From Sminthopsis crassicaudata (lineage: Eukaryota): DNA of 64,000 bases. The notes below the pieces were generated by a model. It worked only from the letters and a program-made list of their open reading frames with translations. It had not been told where the DNA came from and made no database searches. How positions within the stretch are numbered: position 1 is the first letter of the stretch; every line of letters starts with the position of its first letter. A program made the position numbers and the translations under genes. The stretch is from positions 248,748,055 to 248,812,054 of the forward strand of contig NC_133622.1 in the NCBI RefSeq assembly GCF_048593235.1. The letters are read 5' to 3'. Shown piece after piece: positions 23,001-33,718 of the stretch.

Positions 23001-26000
23001 CCCTCCCCCCTCCCAGCCCTGGAGCCCCCCACTCTCACCTCCCAGTGTTTAGTCCCACAGCCACGACCTTCCCACTGGGGTGGAAATCGGCACAGAGACC
23101 CGTCTCCTGGGGGGTCAGACATGGAAGGCTGGGGTTGGGATTCAAGGAGATGCTTTTCTCACGGGGGGAACCCAAGCTCATCCCACCTCGGATGGACTCC
23201 CGCGCCGCCCCCCACCGGGGCCTGGGGGCAGGGGGCAGGCCGGTTCCGGAGATGGTGGGGCAGCTGAGGGGAAGACTCTCAGAAGGCGAGGTGTAGGGTG
23301 TAGCTTCATGGGAGAGTACCTTGAGATCAAGGCTCCAGGCCAAGGCGTGGGACTCCCCGTCCCACAGACAGAGCTGCCGGTCGTGGCCACAGGTGAGGAA
23401 GCGGTTCAGGGAGGGGTGAGTGCAGAGCCCCCAGAGCTCATCGGTGTGACCCTATGGGACAGGGGGCTGGAGGCTACTGCCGGCTCTCCCGGCCGCCCAG
23501 CCCCCGCTCCTCCGGCCCCCCCAAACCTAACCTGGATCACGGGGGAAAAGCCCTGAGTCAGGTCTCCCCTGAGCAGCGCGTTCTTCGTGGTGCCCACCAG
23601 CAGCTCCGAGCCGAGGCCTTCGGCAATGGCGCGGACAGCTCCAAACTGTTCTGGGATCTGGAGGGGGCAGCCGCGTCTCAGCCGGAGACAGCCCCCAGCC
23701 CCCCCACTCCGTCCCCAGCCTCACTTACCTCGGCCTCCTGGAGGGCCGTGAGCCCCGGCCCCCACTGAACCAGCCGCCGGTCCCGCCCGCCCCCGCTCAG
23801 CACAGTCCCGTCCCTCAGCAGACACAAAGCGAAGATGGAACCCTCGTGGGCGCGCGTCTGGGCCACAATCCCGAAGGTCTCTGTGTGGGCAAGGAGGCTC
23901 AGTGTGCGTGGGCCCGAGGGCACTGCAAGGGGGCCGGGGGGAAGGGGCTCATGGCCAAGTCAGGGAGAAGGAATCCTCTAAAGCCTAGAATGTCAGCACT
24001 GGCAAGGATTTACAATATGGCAGCTCAGAGCTTGGAGAGGCCTTAGAACCCGGAACGTCGGGGCTGGAAGGGGCCTTAGAACCCGGGACGTCGGGGCTGG
24101 AAGGGGCCTTAGAACCCGGGACGTCGGGGCTGGAAGGGGCCTTAGAACCCGGGACGTCGGGGCTGGAAGGGGCCTTAGAACCCGGGACGTCGGGGCTGGA
24201 AGGGGCCTTAGAACCCGGGACGTCGGGGCTGGAAGGGGCCTTAGAACCCGGGACGTCGGGGCTGGAAGGGGCCTTAGAACCCGGGACGTCGGGGCTGGAA
24301 GGGGCCTTAGAACCCGGGACGTCGGGGCTGGAAGGGGCCTTAGAACCCGGGACGTCGGGGCTGGAAGGGGCCTTAGAACCCGGGACGTCGGGGCTGGAAG
24401 GGGCCTTAGAACCCGGGACGTCGGGGCTGGAAGGGGCCTTAGAACCCGGGACGTCGGGGCTGGAAGGGGCCTTAGAACCCGGGACGTCGGGGCTGGAAGG
24501 GGCCTTAGAACCCGGGACGTCGGGGCTGGAAGGGGCCTTAGAACCCGGGACGTCGGGGCTGGAAGGGGCCTTAGAACCTGGGATGTCGGGGCTGGAAGGG
24601 GCCTTAGCATCCAAGGGTCTTCACCCGGTTTGCAGTGAGACCTAATACCACAGCGGGCGGTTTGCCTGCATTAATGCTCGAAGGAAATGCTAACTTTCTC
24701 TTAGCACTTAGTGGACATTGCAAGACGTCATTTCCCCGCCTGGTTTATGGACTTACTAGAACCTTTCCATTACGCAGGGTAAGGATCCCTGACCTAGTCC
24801 AGCCCCCTCATTCCACAGATGAGGAACTTGAGGTCCAGACGGGGAAGCCACTTTCCTAAGACCGGTTCCCGGCCCACCTCCAGGGCTGTGGGCACTTCCT
24901 TCTAAGAAGGTGCTTCTTCCTCTCAGTTCCCTACCCTACCCTCCGCCTTGGCTCTAATTTCACATGGTGGTCCTGACCAGCCTTGGGGGTGGGGGGGGAT
25001 CATGTACCTTTAGCCCCACCCCTGCCTGGGGTCCTGGAGTCAGGCAGGCTCCGCCCCCAGGTGAGGATGGTCCCTTCTGAGTCCCCAGTGAGGATGTCTC
25101 CATCCGGAAGGAACACAAAGCAGGGGACAAATTTGGGCTTCTTGTATTTCTGGGAGGGGGCAGAGGGCAAAGGTTAAAGGCAAGCCATGAGATCATCAGA
25201 GCGGTCAAGGGATAAGTTGGCAAGGAGGTCACAAAAAAGCTGGGCTTCAGAGGTCAGGGACCAAATCTAGGGTCTGTATGAGGGGAAAGCTGGAGGCCAA
25301 TCCCCACTTTTCATCCGTACCCCGCATTCCCCCCATCGAGCCCCTTCAGACCTCACCCCAAAGACTCCCTGTTTCCGTGCGAGGCCCCCATTGCCCAGAG
25401 CTCCTCCTCCAGTGGACCAGTTCCAGAAGTGGACGTGGGACTTCCCGCTGGTGACGATACAACTGCTGTCTCGGGGATTGAAGCCGACGGCCAGGACGGA
25501 GTCGTTGGTGCTCTGGAGGGAAGGAGACCCGGCGGCTAGACGACCAGCCAGAGCAGCCCGGGAGCCCCCTCCTCACCCCTGCCCCTTTTGAAGTCACCTG
25601 TATTTAGGGAGTCGTGGGGCCACAGGGACACAGAGCTGAGAGGGACCTCGGAGACCACTTGGTGCTTTTCAGGAGAAACCGAGGCCCAGAAAGAAGGGCC
25701 TTGCTCAGTCAGAGCAGTAGTAGGAAGAGACAACGGTGGGGTGGGAGCCCAGCTGCATTTCCCACCGCCGATACTCCCCAAAAAGGGGAAGGCACCCCGA
25801 GACTCCAAGTCAGCCCGACCTGCCGGCCCAGCTTCTGTGCCCAAGCGACCAGAGGACTTTGCTGTGACCCCGACCCGAAGCCCAGAGAGCCTCCTTCCTC
25901 TGCCCTCCTCAAGGACCCTCACCTTGATTTCCGCCAGCTTGGCGCCTCGGTTCCAGTCCCACACGGACAACATGTGTTCATTGGAGTCATCCACCACACA

Positions 26001-29000
26001 AAGGAAGCTGCCCTGATCCTGGGGATGAGGGTACGGCAGGACTCAGGGGGAGCCCTGGGTCTCAGGGTCAGGGTCACGGACAGCACGGGAAGGGCTAAAA
26101 CGTGCCCCAGTCATAGGGGGCTAGGAAGAATGGGGCAGGCGCTGGGCTAAGGCAGGAGGGCTGGGGGCTGCACAGGTTTCTCTAGGAGCAGAGACCACAA
26201 AGTCCCTGCGTGGACCATGAACGTTTCAAAGGCGGGGAGGGCCGGCTCACCGCGACGGAGAAGGCGAGGGCCCCAACTCCTCTCTCAAACACCCCAAGTC
26301 CGATCTCCTGGAGCTTATGAAGCTTCTCTGAGTCCCAGATGTGAACTACTGGCTGAAGTGGCTAAGGGGGAAGAGAAGGCAAAGGGAAGTCCCAAAACGG
26401 GAGTCGGTGGGCAGCCCTTCCCTCCCCCCATGACTAGGACAGTACCTTCCCATCCTTGTCGACCCCGGCCGTCTGCCCAGAAGCTACACGGACCCCATCG
26501 GGATGGACGGCAAGACTGAAAGGTGGAGAAGGGGACATGGGGGAGGGCTCTCCGGGCCCCCCACATCCCAGCGTTTGGAGCCGTCGGCCCGGCACGTGAT
26601 CGAAGACCAACAAGACCCCCAAGAGGATCGGTTCGGTCGGCCCAGAAGCGATGGGCAATGAGCCCTCTGCCCCAGAGCCGGTAGGCCCGCCGCTGCCCTC
26701 GAGCCACCCTTGCTGACGGAGCCCGCTCTGAAACGCTCCTCCTTGCTCCCAGCTCACACCCCGCCCCCCCGCCTGGGGTCCTCACCAGCGGACGCAGTCT
26801 GTGTGCCCCAAGTAGTGCCTCTGGACGCCACCCCCAGGGCCCCCCGGGCCTCCTCCCGGGCGATACAGCACCACCACGCAGGCGATGAAATAAACTACTT
26901 CCCCAGAGCGGAGCACAAACAAGTTGGACCGCGAATCTCGGCCCCTGTACCCGTATCTGGGGGGCGAGGAGGGAGGTCAAGGAAAAGAGACCCTCAGAAA
27001 TCTGGAACCCTGGCAGCCCCAAGTCCTCCACCCACCCAGCTTGCCCACTCCCTCTGCCCCCCCTCTGAGCCATCGGCCTGCTTCTGGGCCTCCTCGGCAC
27101 TGGAGAGACCCCCAGAAAACCCCCCCCTGTTTCTCGTGGCTGCCCCTTTCCAGGGATCTCTCGTGGAGGCTGCTGCCAAAGTCTCTTAAGGCACCCCTTT
27201 GCCTGGCTCCGGGCAAGAGCCTTCAGTGGGTCCCTCCTACCACTTCTGGCCTCCTCTGGCAGATGCCAGCCTGCCTCTCCGGGCACCTCTGACACCACGT
27301 GCTGCTCTCAAACTTGCCCTGTCACCTCTGACCTCTGGCCGCGTTTGAGGGCCTTCCCCATCTCTGCCTGGGACAGTCCCCTTTTCCAGCCTTGGACCGC
27401 TTTCTTTGATCTTCTCCTTCTCTGAACATCCTTGGAGAGCTTCCCACCCCGGCCCTCCTGTCCCCGCCTGAAGGTTCCTCGAGCCGGGTGATGGGGCAAA
27501 GGCTTAATAAAGCCCTCGGAAGCGTGAAGCTCCTCTGTGCTGGACAGGGGTCAGAAGTCAAGGGTGAACAGAGGGTGGGGGCACTGAGGAGGGGGATGAG
27601 GATCCTGGGACCTCCTGAGGGGAACTCCTGGGGAGGAGGGGGATAAAGGGGCCCCGAGAGGATACACCCAGTCAAGGCTGAGGTTCTCAGGGGGCGGGCC
27701 GCTGGGCAGCTCCTCGGGACTTCGGACGCCCGACGGGATGTACATGGTGATGGGCCGGCCTCGAAGGAACATCTTCACAGAGATGCCCTCTGTGGGAGAC
27801 AGGAGGAGCCGTTACCTGTGGCCTGCCCCCGCCCCGGAAGGACTCAGGGGGGGAGAAGGACAAACGGGGGAGGAACTGCGTGCTCGGGGCCATCTGCCCA
27901 AATCCACGCCACACCCCAGCTCTCCAACAGCTAACGAGCCGTGGCCCTGCCGGAGACCGCCCGGACGCTGCCGGAGACTTCCCAGGACACAGAAGGAGCC
28001 CTGGCCCGGACGCTGCCGGAGACCGCCCGGACGCTGCCGGAGACTGCCCGGACGCTGCCGGAGACTTCCCAGGACACAGAAGGAGCCCTGGCCCGAACAC
28101 TGCCGGAGACCACCCGGACGCTGCTGGAGACCGCCCGGACGCTGCCGGAGACTTCCCAGGACACAGAAGGAGCCCTGGCCTGGACACTGCCGGAGACCGC
28201 CCGGACGCTGCCGAGACCGTCCGGATGCTGCCGGAGACTGCCCAGGACACAGAAGGAGCCCTGGCCTGGACACTGCCGGAGACCGCCCGGACGCTGCCGA
28301 GACCGTCCGGACGCTGCCGGAGACTTCCCAGGACACAGAAGGAGCCCTGGCCTGGACACTGCCGGAGACCACCCGGACGCTGCCGGAGACCGCCCGGAGG
28401 CTGCCGGAGACTTCCCAGGACACAGAAGGAGCCCTGGCCTGGACACTGCCGGAGACCGCCCGGACGCTGCCGGAGACCACCTGGACATTGCCAGACACCG
28501 CCCGGACGCTGCCGGAGACCGCCCGGACGCTGCCGGAGACCGCCCGGACACTGCCGGAGACTTCCCAGGACACAGAAGGAGCCCTGACCTGGACACTGCC
28601 GGAGACCACCCGGACGCTGCCGGAGACCGCCCGGACGCTGCCGGAGACCGCCCGGATGCTGCCGGAGACCGCCCAGACACTGCTGGAGACGGTCCAGACG
28701 CTGCCGGAGACTTCCCAGGACACAGAAGGAGCCCTGGCCCGGACACTGCCGGAGACCGCCCGGACGCTGCCGGAGACCGCCAGGACGCTGCCGGAGACGG
28801 TCCGGGGCGCAGAGCTCGAACCTTTGGAGCAATCCTCACCTGCCCCGCCCCTGCTGCCCCACGTGACCCTTACCCAGGTTATAATTGCTCCTCCGAGAAC
28901 CGGGGCCCCCAGGGCTGGAGACGGGATCCTTCCCCCCGCGGCTGTGGAGAGGGAAAAAACAAAAAGCCAGAGGTGAGGATGTCCCGGCGCGAGCCTGGGG

Positions 29001-32000
29001 AGAGGGTGGAAAGCAGGGAGCACCCCTCACAGCAGACCTTCAGGGTCCCAAAGCACTTTTACCAGCAGGACCTCGTTTAGTGCGAGGATTACTCCCCATT
29101 TCACAGAGGAGGAAACTGAGGCAAACAGAAAGGAACCGGTCGGCGAGAGCCCAGGCCAGCTGGAACTTGGGTCTTCCTGACTCCCAGCCGTGGTACCACC
29201 GGGCTGACCCTGGGGCCCCTAGGGCATGGCTGGCTGGGAACAGGCCCAGGAGCATCAGCAAGAGCCCAGGGCACCTGAGGGTGACCAGCCCGGGGCCCTC
29301 GGGCCACTGGTCAGACCTGAATCCAACGGGGCTCAGACTGTTCCACAGCCACCAGGGGCCCCTAGGGATGGTGGGTAATCCCGCCCCCTGGCGATCAAGA
29401 GATACCAGAGCCCCCAGACTGCGGGCCCCCAGACTGAAACCCTGATTCCGGCTTGGCTGCAGCACATCACCCCTCCGTGAGGGGATGGCCGAGGGTCGGG
29501 CAGGACGGGCCTCTGCTGCCCAGGCCCGCCCCGGCCACTGGCTGAGCCCCGACCGGACAGCGGCCATAGCTCGGCCGGAGAAGAGCTTGGGCAGCCCTGG
29601 CCGCTCAGTGAGTGGGGGGGAGGGGGTGCTGACAGAAACGTGTGGGAACCGGGGGCAGGCTCCCGGGGACGCAGAGGATGCCGGGAGGGAGCCGGGGCCC
29701 AGTAAGGTGACAGGGCCCGCCCTTTCTCCAAGTCCTGGAGTCTGTGTGTGGTCCCCTTTGGGAATATCGCTCCCAGGGAAGCGCAAAGACTCCTGGGAAC
29801 GAGAGTGTGTAGGGGGGGGGGGCGACCTCTGCGGCCCTTACAGGGGGGGGGCTGCCTCAGTGTCCAGCCAGGGAGGGGGCGGGGCCGGGGCAGCATCCCG
29901 ACTCCAAAACACCTAACTGGAAAGCGGCCTCAGCTGTCTAGACTTTTAATCCTTCAAACCTCAGACTTTCCTCATCTGTAAAATGGACCAATAATGACAA
30001 TGGCCCGAGGTTTGGGGCAGGAATGAATACAATGGATACATGAAGGTCCCCCAGAGGGGGAGGGGTGGAGGCCCCAGAGAGCCGTCGCCCAGGGAGGCTG
30101 GGGGGGGGCAGAGAAGGGAGGCTGGGGGCAGAGAGGGGAGGCTGGGGGCAGAGAGGGGAGGCTGGGGGGGGGCAGAGAAGGGAGGCTGGGGGGCAGAGAT
30201 GGGAGGCTGGGGGCAGAGAGGGGAGGCTGGGGGCAGAGAGGGGAGGCTGGGGGCAGAGAGGGGAGGCTGGGGGCAGAGAAGGGAGCCTGGGGGGGCAGAG
30301 AGGGGAGGCTGGGGGGGCAGAGAGGGGAGGCTGGGGGGCAGAGAGGGGAGGCTGGGGGGCAGAGAGGGGAGGCTGGGGGGGCAGAGAAGGGAGCCTGGGG
30401 GGCAGAGAGGGGAGGCTGGGGGGCAGAGAGGGGAGGCTGGGGGGGCAGAGAAGGGAGGCTGGGGGGCAGAGAGGGGAGGCTGGGGGGGCAGAGAAGGGAG
30501 CCTGGGGGGCAGAGAGGGGAGGCTGGGGGGCAGAGAGGGGAGGCTGGGGGCAGAGAGGGGAGGCTGGGGGGCAGAGAGGGGAGGCTGGGGGGGCAGAGAA
30601 GGGAGCCTGGGGGGCAGAGAGGGGAGGCTGGGGGGCAGAGAGGGGAGGCTGGGGGGGCAGAGAAGGGAGGCTGGGGGGGCAGAGAAGGGAGGCTGGGGGG
30701 CAGAGAGGGGAGGCTGGGGGGCAGAGAGGGGAGGCTGGGGGGGCAGAGAAGGGAGCCTGGGGGGCAGAGAGGGGAGGCTGGGGGGCAGAGAGGGGAGGCT
30801 GGGGGGGCAGAGAAGGGAGCCTGGGGGGCAGAGAAGGGAGGCTGGGGGGGCAGAGAAGGGAGGCTGGGGGGGCAGAGAGGGGAGGCTGGGGGGGCAGAGA
30901 GGGGAGGCTGGGGGGCAGAGAGGGGAGGCTGGGGGGGCAGAGAAGGGAGCCTGGGGGGCAGAGAGGGGAGGCTGGGGGGCAGAGAGGGGAGGCTGGGGGG
31001 GCAGAGAAGGGAGGCTGGGGGGGCAGAGAAGGGAGGCTGGGGGGGCAGAGAGGGGAGGCTGGGGGGCAGAGAAGGGAGGCTGGGGGGGCAGAGAAGGGAG
31101 GCTGGGGGGCAGAGATGGGAGGCTGGGGGCAGAGAGGGGAGGCTGGGGGCAGAGAGGGGAGGCTGGGGGCAGAGAGGGGAGGCTGGGGGCAGAGAAGGGA
31201 GCCTGGGGGGGCAGAGAGGGGAGGGGGGGCAGAGAGGGGAGGCAGAGAAGGGAGGCTGGGGGGGCAGAGAAGGGAGGCTGGGGGCAGAGAAGGGAGCCTG
31301 GGGGGGCAGAGAGGGGAGGGGGGGCAGAGAGGGGAGGCAGAGAAGGGAGGCTGGGGGGGCAGAGAAGGGAGGCTGGGGGGCAGAGAGGGGAGGCTGGGGG
31401 GCAGAGAAGGGAGGCTGGGGGGGCAGAGAAGGGAGGGGGGGCAGAGAGGGGAGGCAGAGGAGGGAGGCTGGGGGGGCAGAGAAGGGAGCCTGGGGGGGCA
31501 GAGAGGGGAGGGGGGGCAGAGAGGGGAGGCAGAGAAGGGAGGCTGGGGGGGCAGAGAAGGGAGGCTGGGGGCAGAGAGGGGAGGCTGGGGGGGCAGAGAG
31601 GGGAGGCTGGGGGCAGAGAGGGGAGGCTGGGGGGCAGAGAGGGGAGGCTGGGGGGCAGAGAGGGGAGGCTGGGGGGGCAGAGAAGGGAGGCTGGGGGCAG
31701 AGAAGGGAGCCTGGGGGGGCAGAGAGGGGAGGGGGGGCAGAGAGGGGAGGCTGGGGGGCAGAGAAGGGAGGCTGGGGGCAGAGAAGGGAGCCTGGGGGGG
31801 CAGAGAGGGGAGGCTGGGGGGGCAGAGAGGGGAGGCTGGGGGCAGAGAGGGGAGGCTGGGGGCAGAGAGGGGAGGCTGGGGGCAGAGAGGGGAGGCTGGG
31901 GGCAGAGAGGGGAGGCAGAGAGGGGAGGCGCCGCCCACCTTTCCGAGCTGCCCGAGCGGAGCAGCAGGTTGGCGGAGGAGGCCGCTTTTCTGGAGAGCTT

Positions 32001-32862
32001 CTGTCGAGGCCGGTCGGCGGGGGAGGCTGACGACGAGGAATTCCGCCGGGGCCTGAAGGGGAGGTTGCAGAAGGGGTCCCCAGGGAGGCAGCCTGAGCCC
32101 CTCCCCTCTCTCCCCCTCCCTCCCTCTGCACCCCCTCCCAGGCCCGGAGACTCACGTGTCCCCCCGCTGAGGGAGCGCCAGGGGCCGGGGCACCCCGGGG
32201 GAGCCCGCGCCCCCCGGCTCCTCTTCTCCCCCCCCAGGAGGGGCGGGGGGCCCGTTGCTCAGGGCGGCCGAGGCCTCGGTCTCCGTCTCCGTCTGGGTGC
32301 CCCGGCTCACCAAGGCAGGGCCGGGCGGGGGCGGCGGGCTGCTGGGGAGAGGAGGGAGTGAGCGCGGCTGGGCCGGAGGGCGGGGGAAAGAGGAAGGCGG
32401 CCGGGGCAGCGGCTACCTGTCGCGAAGCGAGGCGGCCTCCCTGCCTCCGTGCGGGGGCGCCGGGCCCGGAGAGCCTCCCGGGGGCCCCTCCTGCAGCCGG
32501 AGTCTCCGCAGAACCTCGGCCAAGGCCGCTTTCACCAGCTCCATCTCCTCCTCTTGAACCCGGAGCCTGCGGCTCAGGGAGCCCAGGCTGTGGGGGCCGG
32601 GGGACTCGCCGCCTCCAGCCCGTCCCTCACCTGCGCCGGGAGACAGGGGCGATCACGGCCCGCCGGAGCCCGCCCGGCCCCGGCCTCTCCCCGACGCCCC
32701 CTCCCCCCTCCCGGCCCGGCGCCCAGGCGGGCCCCTTCCTGCCCGATCTCCTCCCCCGGGCCCGGAGCGGGGCAGGGGGGCCGGAGCCGGGCCGGGCCGG
32801 GGGCGGTGACAGGCCCCTCGGAGGCCCCGCGCGCACTCACCCGGCCCCGCGGCCCCGTCCAT
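20087..32862 (-). CDS. EML3: Echinoderm microtubule-associated protein-like 3 (coiled coil, HELP, WD40/TAPE), 22 exons, 885 aa
   Basis: CDS exons 32862-32841, 32630-32417, 32341-32156, 32052-31939, 28941-28874, 27789-27666, 26956-26786, 26515-26446, 26361-26251, 26018-25923, 25512-25357, 25149-25008, 23880-23729, 23657-23532, 23451-23320, 23106-23039, 22947-22859, 22622-22525, 22431-22344, 21853-21755, 21567-21437, 20287-20087; total 2658 nt. HELP motif LSLDWVYGYRGRD; ends TPSLSPASSLDA. Confidence 0.96.
20464..21410. repeat. Minisatellite, ~40-bp unit, about 23 copies, EML3 intron 21
   Basis: Unit GACCCCCATCGTGCACCCTCCTCCCCCTCCTGCAGCTCCG with 39-bp and TATTTT/GTCTTG variants. Confidence 0.97.
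24041..24607. repeat. Minisatellite, 33-bp unit x17, EML3 intron 12
   Basis: Unit CCTTAGAACCCGGGACGTCGGGGCTGGAAGGGG; units start at 24041, 24074 ... 24569; only first and last units visibly differ. Confidence 0.98.
26957..27665 (-). other. U12-type (minor spliceosome) GT-AG intron, EML3 intron 6
   Basis: 5' splice site GTATCCTC at 27665 and branch point TTCCTTGAC at 26984-26976, branch A 20 nt from the AG. Confidence 0.88.
27945..28805. repeat. Compound minisatellite (21-bp and 45-bp units, occasional 20-bp variant), EML3 intron 5
   Basis: GCTGCCGGAGACCGCCCGGAC interspersed with GCTGCCGGAGACTTCCCAGGACACAGAAGGAGCCCTGGCCCGGAC. Confidence 0.96.
30091..31927. repeat. Polypurine/polypyrimidine minisatellite, ~21-23-bp unit, roughly 80 copies, EML3 intron 4
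   Basis: Unit GGCAGAGA(G/A)GGGAG(G/C)CTGGGG(G)n; begins ~10 nt inside the exon 4 donor. Confidence 0.97.
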
Positions 32863-33569
32863 CCTGCCCCCGGGGCGCTGCAGCGGCCGCCGCGTCTAAG
32901 GCTGGGGCGCTGCCAGGGCCATGGCCCGCGGGAGGGCGCGGGGCGAGCGCGCGGGGAGCGGCCGCCGGGGAGCAGAGCCCCGTCGGGGGCGGGAGGGATC
33001 TGGCCCCGGGAGGGGCAGGGGAGCAGTCCGGGCCCCCAGTCCGCGGCGCAAACAGCCGCCGGACGCCGAGCAGCCAGGAAGCACTGGGGGGGAGGGCAGG
33101 GGGGGCGGGCCGCCTGGTAACCCCTCCCTGCCCGGGCCGGCTCTACTCCCACGGGGCGGAAGGGAGGGCGGGGCAAAGGGCCCGAGACCTCCCGTGACCC
33201 ACCGCCCCCTCCCGGCCCGGGCCGCCCCCCGCCTCCCCAGCAGCCCCCAGGTCCTCGGCGATCGCCCCCCACACTTCCCCCTCTATTCCCGGGGGACCAG
33301 AGGGGGGTGAGCTCCGACGCCCCTAAGGCTCCCTAGCTCGGCGCCCCTCCCCGCCCCCTGGATGGACTCGGGCCAAGTGTGTGCTGGGGGTCCCGAGAGG
33401 CCAGACTGGGCAGGTGGGGGGGGACGGGGTGGGGGGTGGGGGGGAGTAGAACGGGAGCAGGGGGCGTGGCCGCAGGACTGTCTGTCTTCCCAGTAGGGGA
33501 GGGGCAGAGCAGGGGGCGGAGCCGGGAAAATCAGTGTGGGGCCGGCCGGGGGAGGGCAGGGCAGAAAGT

Positions 33570-33655
33570 TCTTAGGGCTTAGGGGTGGGACCCCGGGGTA
33601 TTGGGGTCAGGCTGGCATTAGCCCAGCGCTGAGCCGAGCCAGGCTGAGTCAGCGC
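33570..33655 (+). promoter_or_regulatory. Candidate photoreceptor regulatory cluster upstream of ROM1 (MARE/NRL-like and CRX-like sites)
   Basis: Palindromic GCTGAGTCAGC at 33643-33653; TAAGCC (minus) at 33576-33581 and GCTAATGCC (minus) at 33614-33622. Confidence 0.4.
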
Positions 33656-33718
33656 CCCCGACCCCGCCTGGGTCCCCTGGCAGGCCCGCGGGCACTCCTC
33701 CCGGGGCCGAGATGGGAG

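Noticed and set aside
24041-24607. Regular repeat superficially like a CRISPR array
   Set aside because: No unique spacers, head-to-tail units, eukaryotic intron, no cas genes.
23985-24614. 209-aa (SKAPSSPDVPG)n mucin-like ORF
   Set aside because: Unit length of 33 keeps frames open; intronic, SINE-like origin, no convincing exon boundaries or signal peptide.
27687-29080. Several 235-412-aa repeat ORFs
   Set aside because: Explained by 21/45-bp units; not called as CDS, kept only as a low-priority finding.
29938-32361. Four 660-770-aa ORFs on both strands
   Set aside because: Translations of the ~22-bp intronic array (PPSLPSL / GGQRGEAG); low complexity, stop-free by composition, and real EML3 exons flank them.
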